Shown here one piece after another: positions 31,155 to 45,549 of a stretch of DNA of 64,000 nt. This DNA is from Marsupella aquatica (lineage: Eukaryota > Plantae > Marchantiophyta). Location: the NCBI GenBank assembly GCA_973895155.1, contig OZ316894.1:14025580-14089579 (forward strand), in the 5' to 3' direction. Both the position numbers and the translations under genes were made by a program. Within the stretch, counting starts at the first letter, position 1, and the number at the start of each line of letters is the position of its first letter. The notes under the pieces are model-generated. The model made no database searches. It saw only the letters and a program-made list of their open reading frames with translations, and was not told the origin of the DNA.

Positions 31155-33650
31155 ATCCCCTTCGCACGAGAACCCAATTTTACAAGATTTTTTTCCTAGG
31201 CCTCAACCCGACCAACCCATGATGGCTTCTCTTCCTGCTTAATAACACACTATCGTAGAACTCTGCCAAGGTAGACTCCACAAATGTATGCCTGAATTTA
31301 TTCCCCTTGAAGTCTCCCACATTTAGTTGTAAACCAGTCGCTGCAAGTGTTTCTTAGTGAGACCCCCCGGAAGTAGAAACGCAATGTTTCTTCTTCTTCC
31401 TAATGCTCATGGCGTCCATGGGTGGAGCACTCACATCCTTTGGCGTTGCCAACCCTTCGGGTGGCTCCTCATCCTTTCCACCACTAATTTCACGAGAGGG
31501 CTCTGGTGTTGCAGTCCCAACATTACCCAAAACCAATCTCGCGTTTGATTTCTGAGACCCTGCTAGAGACACAATGTGGTCAATAATAGCGTTGGGCGCT
31601 AGCCAAAATAAACAATGGAAAAATACGCAGAAATGAACAAACAAACATAGGGACTCACTCTTTTTGGTCTCTTTTTGAGATCCACTTGGGGTTGTTTCTT
31701 GCTTGGCTTTTGCTCTTGGTTTTTGGCTCCTCGCAACTTGGACGACTTGTGTCTCATAAATCTGTTGAAGTTCTATTGCCAACCGATCAATCTCCAAATC
31801 GATCCCCTGCTTCATCTCCGACAAAATATTTTTTGGATCTATATTTTGGGATAACTTGTGGAAAGCATCTTTCTCTGTATCATTGAATGGAATCAACAAT
31901 GCAAAACCTCCCACCTTGCCATCTTTCTTGGGGGAACCTTGCCTTTTGCTGGGTACATAGAGTACCCAAGAAAGTCTCTAGACGCTTCAAGACCTCGAAT
32001 TGACAACGGCCCACTTTTGGAAGGCACCAGGATAGGCCCAAAAGTAGGTCGGGTCACTCCTCTCCATTTTCATATAATATTGATACAGATATTTCTTTGC
32101 TCTCTTATGGTTGACTTCACTCAAATCCTCAGTGTTAGCATACTTGGATTCCCAAATATTGTTGAAGAACTTGGCCCTTATGGAATCACTGTACTTTCTA
32201 AAATCCTCTAAAATCACAGCCCTCAACCCCCTCAACTTCTCAAAAGTAATGACCTCTCCAACCTGTGTTGTAAGACGTTGTTCTGTACACGAAGCCATAA
32301 CTTCACTCAAACACGCCTCTAAGAGAGTAGTGGCTATGCCCTCAATTGTATTCCAAACATGCCAAGTGTGGCACCACTGCTTCATGGGGTCATCTGATAC
32401 TCCAAAGGGATGGAAAAAATGTTTCCTTAACTTGGGAGTACAATGCGCAACAAGCAGCATCCCGGGGTCCTCACTTCTTTTCTTCTGACCCATCATGCGC
32501 GAATAAGTATAGGGTTTTTTTATTGAGTTTAGGGAAATACTTTTAAATTTTTGTTGAAAAACATTTGGGTTATTTTAATCCAATTTTGAGAATTATAAGA
32601 ATCATAGGGCTTTCCAAAATCAGATTTGGAAATATTCTTAGAATATTCTATTAAGTTAGGGGTAAAAAAATTTCATGAAAAAATGTTATTGACTTAAGTT
32701 TTAGGGTGCTTATTCCCCCAAAACTTTGTGCGTGATATGGGACACCTCTTGAATTGAGGCCCCCTAGAGTAGCATACTTTGGAATTTTGGATCTAATGCT
32801 GAATTGGCAGTGAACAAGCAAGCTCTATCCATCGTGCAGAATACAACGTCGGGGGCCTTCTCTGGTTTGAGTCAATCAAAAAGACTACATTTTGGCGCAA
32901 GTGTCCATGAAATCTTCAAACTCTGGGCTCAGCAAGGAAGTGAGCTTCGGAGTTTCCACGGTCCACTCCTTAGCTCGCTCCTTAGTTGCTTCCTTCATCA
33001 TCTGATTGTGACGAAGACCCGTCTCTTTGACAGACCATGGCGCACCGGAACTGTTGGCCTGGGTCTTCATCACCTGAAATTGTTGCGAGTACGACTTGAT
33101 CTTATTTTCACACAAGATATAGACAAAGGCCTCCATCGGCATTTTTTTAGTAAACCACAAACCCTTTCGAGTTCCTTTCTGCGTCTTCTCAAATTTAGCA
33201 TAATTTGTCTCGTCAATGATGGGTTTGTAATACTCAAGATCATGTGCCAAAATCCTCCTGATTCTGTCCACATCAAGAATCCAAGAAGACTCTACTATTG
33301 CTTGCCCCGTCCTGTGAAATTCAACACATTATAGCGCCTGGCGCTAACGTAAACACTACAACTTGAAAGAAAGGAGAATTTGTTCAAGGAAACCAAGGAA
33401 CTTGTGCGTATCAGTCATTTGTGAAGGAGAACTCACTGGTTCACAATATGCATTGCTACTTCAATCTCGATGATAGATTCTTTCTCTCCTTTGAAAATTG
33501 TGCATTGCACTCAAGGATGATACTTTGGATTTTCTGGACTCTCGTTTGTAACTTGCGTCCACGAAAACGGTTGATGATTTCCATAAAAAACCGAGAACAT
33601 TTTGTCCTTAAGGACCAGGAATGCGGGGTCTGCTTCACATTCGGCTTCGA
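31155..33650 (-). pseudogene. Degraded unknown coding sequence, probably TE-derived, that served as target for the copia insertion
   Basis: Co-oriented, protein-like minus-strand ORF fragments (31354-31914, 31987-32496, 32885-33271) with no recognisable family. Confidence 0.35.
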
Positions 33651-33710
33651 ACAATTGGTTCTCCATAACCCAAATCGGATCCCAGTAACATTAGTTAACT
33701 AGACTCTTCA

Positions 33711-33964
33711 TGAAGAGATAACCCTCTTTGTATCCCATGAAGATAGTGCACTTAGTTGAGAACTTGGTGTGTGTGTGTGAGAGAGAGAATGAGAGCTTGG
33801 ACCATAAAGGTATGGTGATGTACAATTTTGTGTTTCTTTGAAGCTTTTGGTGCGGCCGTGGACGTAACCCGGAAGGGGTGAATCAATGTATCTTTGTGTC
33901 GGTGTACTCATGTGCTATGTGTTGCAAGTCTTGGAGATGTCATGTTGTCCGTTTTGATCCTACA
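33711..33964 (+). mobile_element. Possible old LTR remnant related to the copia LTRs
   Basis: CGTGGACGTAAC...GGGGTGAATCAATGTATCTTTGTGTC resembles the LTR motif CGTGGACGTAGC...GGAGGTGAACCACGTATCTCTTGTGTC. No TSD was found and the ends are guesses. Confidence 0.4.
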
Positions 33965-34385
33965 AGGCTGGTGCCTACAATGATGATTGTTAAATTGTCT
34001 ATCTGATCTAGTGCTTAAAGGATAGGAAGAGATCCTCTTGCCAAGAGTGGGGGGCCTTCTACAACTCAAATTCCCTACAAATAGTAACATTCATCAAGTA
34101 TAGTTAGGCCCAAATAACACTAACTCTTTTTATGGAAAAAACATCTACCTCATCTTTTACTTGAACAAACAGCAAAAATTTAACAAGAGAGACTACCTGG
34201 ATGAAGCACTCTGTGCACCATGGTTGCAGAGGGTTAGTCTGTAGTTTGCAGGACATGTGAGCCTTAGCCTTATCTTGAATATCCATCTACAAATGCGCAC
34301 GACAACCTGTCACTCCATTATCTTCTGCAGATGGCCAATTTCTTGTCATAACCTGGCTAAACCAGCCATGAACTTTGGTAGGAAC

Positions 34386-35211
34386 CAGTGTTGGGTGGGT
34401 ATAGAGTTTTCCTTCTACCATCCAGGTAAAGGTCTAGTGGACATCCCTGGCAGGCAAGGTATGCTATTACATTGGTATATAAAATCCCCCCAAAATTTCA
34501 AAATTTAGAGGTTTATTACAAAAAATTCTCAGATTGTAGACTGGGTATAGGTATAGAATTTAGGATGGGCTATACTAGGGTAATAAGGGTATAGGTAAAG
34601 GTAAGTAGATTAATAGCAATGTCCAACGCAAAATTTGAACATGAACACAAATATGTTATCAAGAAAAGTATCAGAAATTCTTAGCCGAATTACTAGGAGA
34701 AATTGGACAGAAATTTGATCAGAAACTTGTAGACAGAAATCCAACCGAAATCATACATTTTAACTCTCACTTTGTGCAAAAGCCATCAACCTGCTGTCAG
34801 CCTCCCCTTGCCAAGTCAAATTAATTTCTACAAGACCACATGAAGGCTCTTCAAACCCTTAATACACCTAAATTCTATGAGTTTTTGTATTTTTGTGATA
34901 GAGTGATTGAGAGAAAGGCGCCTCCCCTATTCATTCCCTAACCCATTACACCTACCTTTTTTTTTCTTCTTCATAAATCAAATCTGTTGTATACCTCCCT
35001 CTCTATATGGGAGGTATAGGTATTAAAACATGTATAGCAAAATCTGTTGTATCTGTTGTCAGGCCAGGTATAGAGGCCGCTATAAGAAGAGCAAATACCT
35101 GTCAGGTAAGGTATTGCACACCAAATTAAATACCTGCCAAGTAAGGTATTGTAATACCTTATGCTATACTGGATGCTATACCTTGCCGCAATAATATACT
35201 CGCCAACACTG
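34386..35211. mobile_element. Non-autonomous hAT-type DNA transposon (826 bp)
   Basis: TIRs CAGTGTTGG / CCAACACTG, a perfect 8-bp TSD GTAGGAAC (34378-34385 and 35212-35219), and subterminal GGTAT/ATACC repeats. Confidence 0.9.
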
Positions 35212-36346
35212 GTAGGAACCCCAAAGGCCCCTCTTCCCCCTGGGAGTTTTCCTTTTTCTGTTGTTGCGGTGCTTGCTTATCTATAAGGTTTTTGCAGAAT
35301 TCTTAAGAAACACTCAAAAAAATTCCAAAGGATTTTCTTGTCTAACTTTCTCAAGGATTTAGAGTCAAGCATGACATCCAGGGCATTATAGGCATGAGGC
35401 CAGCATGGTGATTTCGTGAAGGAACTAGAACCTTTCTGAGCAGCCACGACCTTGGTAAACAAATTGACACAGACAAGGCCGATATGCGAGCCACATGTGA
35501 TGTGATAACAAATAAACTACATCCAATTAGTCAAAAGTCGTTTATAACTAGCAGGGAAATAGATCTCATCCTTGGTGAACAAGTCAACAAAACAAGGGCG
35601 CCATATGAAGACGCTTCAACCATTTTGTGCTGCACCCTTGCAGGGGATTTACCCAAATTACACTTCCTTTACACCCGTCAAAGAAGCTAGTAGCTTACTG
35701 AAGTCCATCAGACGCAATAGAGTCCAGAATTTTTTTTTAATTGAAAATTTTCAGAAATATGAAGCTTAGTTCCCAAGCCTATTTCGCTTGGCCCTGCAGT
35801 AAGTAACGCATGTCACTAAGACTGCCAGGAAGTCTAGAATTTTATTTTCTTTTTCTGAAAAAAATTAATTCATACAAAACAAGGGAAGTACAATCCTTGT
35901 TTACAGCCGAATTGTCAGGGAGGTACTAGGACAGCAAAAAAAACAAATCTTCAGATTCAGGAGAAGTTGCCATTCATAGGCCCAAGATGCTTCACCTGGA
36001 GGTATCACAAGGCAGTAGATATTTTCAATCGTCGTTTATCCAACCACTATTTCTAACAGGAACAACCTGTCTGTGTCAGCTGCCAATCCAGGGAGGGAGG
36101 CTCAAAATTTATGGACTTTGGCTAGAGGTGAGGGGCGGATATACAACTAACGACGCTTGATCAGGCATTTTGTCTTGCTTGCCACATGATATAATCTGTC
36201 AGCAAAACCCCGATGCAGAAGGAAGGTCAAAGAGCTTCGCAGAAGCACCAGGGCGGTCGGAGACTACTCACAACATCCAGAACTTAAGAATGAGGGATGA
36301 TACCAAACCTGTCACCCAGATCCTGAAGGAAGTAGGCAGGACGAAG

Positions 36347-39300
36347 TTATGTGGTCAAGTTATCGGGCAACTGGGTATCGGTACCCATAATCTTGCCTCC
36401 AACATCAGGAAAATATTCATGGCCATCTAGATGTGTGACTTGGCCTTCTAAAGTGACATGATATGGATATAGCAGAAGATGGCCTCTCAGATCTGTGACT
36501 TCATCTGCTACATATTGTTCCCAGTACTTTTCTGCTTCTTCATTAACCTTGTGCACACACTCCAAGCTTGAAGGGTCCTCGAATGATTGATCAAGAAATG
36601 CCAAATGCTCCGCCCACAATCCCATCCGGTATCCATATATCTGGGTAACACAATAGCACATTTTAGGATCAGCGAGAACCACAAAAGTCGAGCTAACTTC
36701 ATGCCACTTTGTTCACAACTTATTAGGCAAGACAGCAATATCCTGTCCTGTTGTTAAGCTATTATATAGGCATTGCGGGGATAATTACTTTACGCTGGAA
36801 ACAGCCAAACACATCAACCGAGCAAACCTGGCCCCGTGGATGCTTCAATGATTGTGCCCAAGAGTGGTGAGGTTGATATGCTCCCATTGCTATCTCAGTA
36901 TCACGTGACCCGTCCATGGATCGCTGATTGATGTTTGCCGATCCTAGAATAACATATTCATCATCGACGATCATACCTTTTGAATGAATGTAAATCATAA
37001 AGCGTCTTGTCTTATGCACTATACCCTGCAAAATCAGGGGTATCCATTGGCTTGAGTATGTGTTCAGCCACCAGTATGTCAAGGAAACACACATCTATTT
37101 ACCCCCCTTTTGCTAGGGCAGAGATGCAATATCAAAAATCACAATCCATTTAAAGTGCGTAAATTCTCCAGCATACCTTTTCAAGAGACAGGACGTACAA
37201 AGCAGGAAGTAACAAAAAGGGGAAAAAGGACACAGATGAGTAGAGAAAGCTTGTAGTAGCGCGATCACCTGCTTGGAATTTGGATCGGGTGGCTTTGCCG
37301 GAGATGGATCTGAGTCACTTTTTGTCTCACGATTGGCCAGGCAGTAAAAGTTAAGATAGTCCCTCGGATGGCTGCCTTCCAAACCTTTGTCACGTATGGC
37401 ATCAGCAATTATTGTGTACATCATCTGAACGGTCTGGGCCTGTACATGGAAGACACGAAACAAAAAAATTGGAAACCTAGACAGTGATATGGGTCAACTT
37501 CTGAGCTCCGCTTCATAATGTTCATCCAACAATAAAATGCTATCCATGTACTTCTATCGATGATAAAGTTTTATCATCGACTTCAGCCAAAACCTCTTGA
37601 ACAACAGTTGCACTTGGCTTTAGGCTCCTCCAAACAGATTCTTTCTTCAGAAGAACCATCCAAGACACGTCCATCGCATCCACGCAAGAGAAAGGATCGA
37701 ATAGGCCCTCACCTGAAAGTACAGAATCTCTTGCACAGACGAGCTGTCGGGAGGACCTTCTGGCCACATAGGGATTAGAATGTATGCAGCAAATCTTTCA
37801 CCAGCTTTGATCTTCTTTGCGATCTTGAGAGCAATCTCCATGGGTATCAAATGATCTGCACCTGCAAGAGCCATGGCCAGCACACAGTACGAATTGTGCT
37901 GATATGAGACACCTCCATACAAAGGACACAGTAAAACAGAAAGAAAAAGGAATAAAGGTGCATCCTTCACCAGAACAAAGATTCCAAAAAGACCGTTCGA
38001 ATCACACTTCAAATTTAAACAATTCACAACAGAAGCAGGAAAGAAAAAGTGGGGGCAGTAATGACACTGGAAAATTCTGTGGATGATGTTAGAGAAAAGT
38101 ATCCAATATAAAAGTTTGAAAATTACCAGCATTTTTATAGTCAGGCCATCCATATGATGAGCCAAGAAAGTACTGGTTTTCAATGTAAATGAAATGCTGG
38201 GCTCCTCGAATAGCTTTGATGTAGGCTGTCTGTATACTCACATCAACAGCAATGTTTTTCCTCCAAACTAGATTCTGAAAGAAGTCAAACCAAATTTATT
38301 TGTCAGTCTTTGTACGAAGCTACTCTCCAGCAAAGTACTTACAGACAATCCATTCACATCAGATCCATTTACAATACTAGAATGAACGACTTAGCGATCA
38401 ACTTAGAAGTTCCCCAAATAACATTTGAAATACTGAAGTAGTAAGTAATAAAGGAGCCATCTATAGAGCTGGAACCTCGAGGAGCGCTCTTTTGTTCAGA
38501 AATACAAATGGTGCTGCGAGAACATCAGTGGTTTCTTCAGGCATTCCGAGAGCTCCGGATGGCAACCGGAATACTAAAAATATTTAATTACAGAGAACGG
38601 ATGACAATTCATTGAGAGCATGTACCTGCTTCTCTGCATCCTGCACTGTTTTTGGAAAACCCTTTGCAGACCCAGAGTCAATCGAACGAAAAACCTGAAA
38701 GCACCATGAAATATTTACTTTGAGTGACATCACAGTCATAAGCGGCACTTTATTATCATGCAACTTTAGTATAACACAGATCACTTTAGGTCCTCCAACT
38801 CTCCCTCTGCAGCCCCTCGATCTCTAAGATATATGACACAAAAGCACATCCATTTGCTAAGAGGTGCCATAAACCTCGCCCGTTATTTGAGAAGAAGTTT
38901 GCCTTAAATATCACTCCAAGCAACATCTAACTCCGGTTTAGTGACCTTGTGTATCGAGATTTCAATAGTAGGAGGTTATCCCTACACCACCTTACTTTTA
39001 ACTCTGTGGTCTCACTCTTAACCATTATGTACAAGGACGAACATTTGCGTCCCGACCATTCCGCATCTTAAAGCCACTTGTCTTGGAAAATAAGAAAATA
39101 CCTGTACATGCCACGTTTCCGGATCGTCATCTTCTGTGACCATAAGATGGCCATCACCCTGGGGTGGGGAATCCTTTGAAGGCCCAAGAATCCAGGAGAT
39201 TCGTCCGATTTCTATCAGCTCGTCATCATGCCATCTCGTTGCTTTCTTCCACCGTTGTTCGAAGTTTGTGAGAACATCATATGCAGCAGGGCCATCGATC

Positions 39301-42075
39301 TTGCAATGAAGATCATGCCAAGGTTGCCTTGGACCCCCGCTGTCTTCAGCCGTCTACAACATGAAGTAGAAGTGTGAGTTGTATAAGAGTCTAAATCTTC
39401 ATGAATTACTACACAACTGATGGCCTGCATGAAGTGGCGGCTGCACAGCACATACACCTATTCTCTCCAGAACATCGAAGCAAAACCTTGCACTCTCCAG
39501 AAACTTTCTCTCAGTTATAATGCCTACCGAAAAAGTCGGTTGGTGATAGTCACCCTTGTAAGTTGTCTCCATATCTTTAAATAGAGGATGACCTGGAGTA
39601 TCATAGCGTCCGTCACATAGATCCAATCCACCGAGAAATGAAGTCAGCTTCCGAGTATTCCCAGGCCCTTGAGAATCAACAATGCAAATCTTTTGATGGT
39701 GTGTATATAGTGTCCCAACTACCTGCGAAAGCGGTAACAGTTGCACTTTAAGATACTCAAACGTCATGTATTTCCTAGACTTTGCCGCTGGGTGACACGA
39801 TTTGGGACCAAGCTTGTCCCAGGTTCCATTCAGTTCTGCCTAAGCAGCTGTTGCAGAGTTAGTAGGTTCATAACAATTCATACTGAACTTACGGATAACC
39901 TACTGACTTGTGGCCGTCCAACTGTTATCAGCACGCAAACTACCTAATAATAATCTGTTTGTGGCCAAAACTAATACTTCTGGACGGCACCAAACGAAAT
40001 GACAACGAATCTATTCCACAATTCTGACAAAGATTCCATAAGACGAATTGCTTCATTCCATCATTAACACCCAAAGGCCCGTTCCAAGCATGCCTCGCCT
40101 ACTCCGGCGTTACTACAGCTAACTAGAGCAACCTAGACACAAAAAAGTGGTCTGATTGAGTTCATGTAAACTTCCAGCATAAGCAAACTCACATACGCAA
40201 ACCGATACAGCTCGTTTTCTCAGACCACGAATTTGTTTTGCCCCACAGCATGCTACGAAGTGTAACCTAAGCAAAGTCGAGACACAGGGCAAGGCGCATC
40301 AGAAGGACGAACCTGCTGACGAAACCAGCTTAGCTTACTGTCACCGTACCTCGGAGCCAGAACACACCTCACAGCTGAATGTCTGAAGTATTTTTTTGTC
40401 TCTTCATCGTGAGTTCCCATCACACCCTCCTGTGTCCCACGATGAACAATTTTAAGAGCATTCCATTCCCGCTAAACGTCGGGAGGTACATAAATTGGAG
40501 CAATTTCATCTCTTAAGACACTTCTGAGCTGTGGGACTTATTAATGCAATTTGGACCCATGATCATATCTATGAGTCTTGATTTCTTAGCTTGGCCTTCA
40601 TGACCAGATCATTTGTGATTCGCACCCTCAACCTTCAGAAATCATTTCTCCCCAAACAGGCGTCGCAGCTTGGATAGGAGGCATCGTTCTCCATGTGTAA
40701 TGATGCGTGCCGTGTGGCTAATTTATCTTGACACAACTGTTTCTCAAACAAAGCTCTGAAAAGACTCATGCGACTCAAATCTACCTGTACAACTAAATGG
40801 ACAGCCTACATTCCATACTGCCAATGCTAACACCGCGACCGTGCATAACAAGAGTTCACCTACTACTGGTTTAACTCATGGGGACCTTCTGCGGGTAACT
40901 TGAAATTGAAATCGCAACCCAGTCACGTTCCATGTCACAGTCCGTCTTCAACTGCAATCTGGTCGATGCATTCACATATGATTGGAAACTCCCCAAACAG
41001 CCTATTCAACAATGGCTACTGTCCGAGAACTGTTCAAACACTGTAAACGAAATAGAGAGGGAAGATCGAGAAAAACCGTCTTAATCAAAGCTTTGTTGTG
41101 TGAAGTCTTGTCATCCCACACCAAAAGCAGCACTCGAACTCCCTCTTTGGACTTCCTTTTCAAAAGCTCGCCCAGGGTCAGATCCCCCCCATCGGGAATT
41201 TTCTTGCTGTAGGTGTCACGCATCAATGAGATCTGGGTATAAATGGACCAGCCCGCAATATATACTAAGTGGTGTGCTTCCAATATTGCCGTACAGATGT
41301 CTTCCCAGCATTTGCGGTGTTGAAATATTTTGCCATTATCAAGAGTGAAGTTCGGAAGAGTTCCATCTTCGACATGCGCATCGTGGTACAACTCAATTTT
41401 GCCTCCTTTCCTAAGAGGAAAATAAGTATTAGGAGTACCATAGTAGTCCGGTCCAGCACTCACGACGTTTCTGTATAAGGGATTTAGGTCGACTGGAACG
41501 TACGCAACCTTAAGTCTCAGTTGGGCACCAGGACGAACAACCTTTCCATTTAATACAACATCATACCATCCCTCCACGGGATCCCCTCTGACGACATTCT
41601 CGGCCGGTAATTCCACATTTCCAATGAGCTGAGCTCCCATGAGATCATTGTCCTTAATGCTAAAGACAATTTCCGAAACGAAGTGTGCCACAGGTATGAC
41701 AAAGTGCTCATTCCAGACTGGATCCTGATTGTTCGTAATGACACGAGTCCTCGCTAACCTGGCTCCAGCGAGGATCACAGAGGCATACGGGTCGCTCGTG
41801 ATAACTTTGCTCCGATGGTGTGACCTCGCGTCTTGGCTGTTGTCGGCCTTCCGAAAAGGTGCTTTGCACACATCGAATACTGAGAACACCTGCCGCAGTT
41901 TTTCCGAGAAGAGGTCCATGTTTGGCAAGCATTTGGCCTGATAGAGCCACACATCGAGGGATCCATGTAGTAGAATTTTTTCTTGCGACCTCAATATCGA
42001 TGGCCTCTCCTCGAGTGGCACATCTTGCAGCTGCGGAGCGCCGTTCGCGTCATGTTGGTAATTACGATCTTCCAT
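36347..42075 (-). CDS. PLDdelta: Phospholipase D delta-type (C2-PLD), 10 exons: 42075-41077, 40429-40313, 39722-39528, 39353-39102, 38694-38626, 38274-38127, 37861-37713, 37439-37269, 37025-36828, 36640-36347 (863 aa)
   Basis: C2 domain (LLHGSLD...LPNMD...TSDPY), HKD1 [29 protein letters not shown]2 [10 protein letters not shown]...GSANINQRS, and C-terminal LPDNLTT. All introns are GT-AG and the exons sum to 2592 nt. Confidence 0.96.
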
Positions 42076-42459
42076 TTCTGGTTCCCGATCCGATCGAGAT
42101 CGGGAATTCGGGATCGACAGCCGTTTGGCTAGCTCGTCGCGCCGCTAGACGCAGCGAGAGAAGTACTGCGGATGAAACTAGCCACTTGCTCGGGAAGTGC
42201 ATGTGCTTGAATTAAGGTTCGGTCGGCTGGAATACACTACTATGCTCCAAATGGATCGTCGATTGCCTGACGGAAATGACCAGGAAGGACTAAACAGACT
42301 GTAAAGGCACTATTTCTCCCACACCTTATTGACAGCTCCATTCCAGCTAGCCCCATCGTGCCTTCCCCATAGCCTACGAGAATGTTCCCCGAAAACTCTA
42401 CTTGACTATATATACTCCACAGCACCGCAAAAACTCCAATGTATGCGATGTGCTAACCC

Positions 42460-44200
42460 TCCCTTAGTGCTGGCAAGATGATAGAAAAGTGTACCCACAT
42501 TTGTTGTGTAGGACTAGCTCAATAGTTACCTGTGCATAGCACAAAAGATGTGGTATAATCACTCTCTCCTAGTGCTGGGCAAGATGATAAAAAAGTTTAC
42601 CCACTTTTGTTATGTAGGACATGCTATTGCACACAAAATGTTGTTACATAAAAGACTAGCTCAATACCCGTGCATTGCACAAAAGATGTCGTGACGGCCA
42701 AGATGTTTTTGAGAACAAAAGATGTCATGTCGGTCAAGAGGTTGTTGAGAAGAAAGATGACGTGTCGGCCAAGAGGTCATTGAGAAGAAAGATGTTGTGT
42801 CGCCCAAGATGTCGGTGAGAACAAAAGATGTCGTGTCGCCCAAGATGTCGTTGAAAACAAAATATGTCGGTGAGAACAAAAGATGTCGTGTCGGCCAAGA
42901 AGTTGATTGATGAGAACAAAAGATGTCGTGTCGGCCAAGAGATTGTTGAGAAGAAAGATGTCATCTCGGCCAAGAGGTTGTGGAAGAAATAGAGGTGGTG
43001 TTGCCAATGATGTCGTAACGCGTTATGCCAAAGGTTTTGTTAAGTATAACAATGTTGTTAAGTACAAAATAGCTCAATACCTATACGTTGCACAAAAGAT
43101 ATCGTGTCGCCCAAGATGTCGTGGAGTACAACCATGTTGTTAAGAACAATGAAATTGTTTTGCCAGTTCAAAGATGTAGTTATGTGAAAGACGTTGTCAA
43201 GCCCGTTGTCAAGTAAAAGACGCAGTTAAGAAAAAAGAAGTCATTTTGCCAAACATGTCGTTAAGTAAATAGTTGTCGTCAAGTAAAAAATTGGCATAAC
43301 TAACAAAAAAGAAGTCGTTTTGTCAAAGATGTTGTTATGTGAAAGATGTCATGAATAAAAAGATGATGTGGTGCCAAATGATTTGTTATGTGAAAGATAT
43401 TGTGAAGTAAAAAGATGTTGTCAAGTAAAAGTGTGCCCTTCGCCAGACACCTTGCCATCAACGTCAGTGCCATGATCTTTACTATGTCTTTAGACCTTAT
43501 CATTGTTTATTTTTTGGCAGTGAAAATGGCACAAAAAATGAATGTAAAAAATCATCCTAAATATTGGGAGAATTATTGTTTTATTTGATTAGTGTATGCA
43601 GTCCCTTATTGATTAAAATAGTATCTGAAATTTAACTCCTACCAATATTACACTAAACTATGCACTATCTCACTCTATTGAGTATCTACACCTTATTGAG
43701 TATGTACAATATTTTCTCCTTATCCTTCATGTTGTGCATTGTGTTAGTGACGCCCCATTTGATTCCTCCTACTTGGACATTGGCGTGACTCTTTTTCATT
43801 CATACTAAACTAAAATGTATTTATTTATATTCCTTCCTTCTACCAGATTTTCTTATTTTTTGTGCCCTGCAAATTTGAATGGCGACCACGGCAGAAAAGG
43901 TGCAACCTTGTATTATAGAAGTTAATAGCTCGATACCTGTGTGTAAACTTTTCCATAAAAGATGTTGTTAAGTAAACATATGTAGTGGCATCAGAGATGT
44001 CGTTAAATAAAAATATGTCATTGTGTAAAAGATGTCATGGCGTAAAAGATGTTGTTAATAGGTAAAATACTGTGGCATAAAAGATGTTGTTAAGTATTAA
44101 AAAGATGACATTATGTCAAAGATGTGATTAGGCCAATTGAAATATGTGGGTAAGTAATGAGACATCCTTAGTAAAAGGTGTTGTCAAGTAAAATAAGAAA
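42460..44200. repeat. Degenerate minisatellite-like array (core unit about 32 bp, AAAAGATGTCGTGTCGGCCAAGA..TTGTTGAG)
   Basis: About 10 clear units at about 42680-43000, decaying into AAAGATGT(T/C) motifs up to about 44200. Faint echoes at 45230-45430. Confidence 0.8.
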
Positions 44201-45549
44201 ATTCCAATAATTTTGGAGATGAGTTAGGGCAGAGGATTGTTGCATTTTGTCAGGCCGGCCTCCATGCGCAAGGACAAAAAAAAACCCAGTAGGAACCCGG
44301 TTCTTGGTCTAGGCATGAGTCTGAGTCTGAAACGCAAGACAGAGTCCAAGGGCGAGACTGAGTCCAGGCAAGGGCAAGACCAAGTCCAGGCAAGGGCGAG
44401 GGCGGGGATCGGGTGGGTCATCGAGGCAGGGTTTTAGGGTTGAGTGGGGGAGGGCGAGGAGGGAGAGTCAGGGCAAAAGGGGAGAGCGGGGTTAGAGAGG
44501 CAAGAGGGCGAGAGGCCGGGGGAGCGGGGTTTGGAGGCAGGAGGGGCAGAGGGAGTCGGGAGGAGGGGCCGCAAGGTGGGAAGGCAAAAGGGGGCTGGGA
44601 GGCAGAGGGCGGAGCCAGCCAGCCCTGCCCCAAGCCAGCCAGCCAGTCAGCGTGGGCGGCCGCGAGCTGGGCAGGGCTGGCCGGCGACGGGGGGGTGAGG
44701 ATCACAACTTGCAGCGGCTTGGTGCTGACTTTGCGGCACTGCAATCCAAGTGACAGCTTGAGTTTCCACTTGAGTTTTTTTGTCTTATTGGTTTAATTTT
44801 TTCCAGTTTTGATTTTTTTCACCCAAAACGGCCGGGCAATTTTGAAAGACGACCATGGTATAAATTGGTGCCATAGGGTGTTATAGTTTTTGATAGTTAT
44901 CACAAAAATTATGGAAGATAAATATTACATTTTTGACTTGCATTGAAAACAACATCTTGTTCTCACTTATGCATTGATGGAAAGTAGAGGGATCTATATT
45001 GATCCTTGTGCTTGCATGGGCTTATTTACTAATCATTTCCCTTTTTAGTCGTCTCATTTCACTGTTTCCTTTTTGCAGAGTGTTCCTTCCCCTTTCATTC
45101 ACACTAAACTTTATTATCTTTTATTTATTCCTTCCTCTTTTGCTGGAATCTTTTTTTGGACACTCTATATTTGAATGACGACCACGGTATAAAAGGGCGC
45201 AACCTTGTATTATAGTTTAGGATGTCAATACTCAAAAGATATAATTGCATAGAAAATGATATTTATGCAAAAGATCTCATTGTGCAAAAAAATATAGTGA
45301 AAAAACACTATTATTTGAAAGAATATATTGTGCAAAGATTTAGTTGCATAAAGAGGTAGTTCCACTAAAGAAATTGTTCTGTTTAGTGTTTAATTGCATA
45401 AACTATGTTGTGCAAAAGATGTAGTTGAGTAAATAATCATTGAGCATAATAAATTGGATGACAATTTACAAAGTGAAAGAAAAACATAATAAAAATTGAA
45501 AAGTGAAGAGAATACATATGATGAAGTCTTTATTCATTTCAGTAAAGAC

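Noticed and set aside
42680-43000. Regularly spaced repeats of about 32 bp resembling a CRISPR array
   Set aside because: Units are contiguous and degenerate with no unique spacers, there are no cas genes, and the context is eukaryotic. It is a minisatellite.
44413-44796. Gly/Arg-rich and Pro-rich ORFs on both strands
   Set aside because: These are a by-product of a GC-rich, purine-skewed low-complexity tract, with no domain or splice support.
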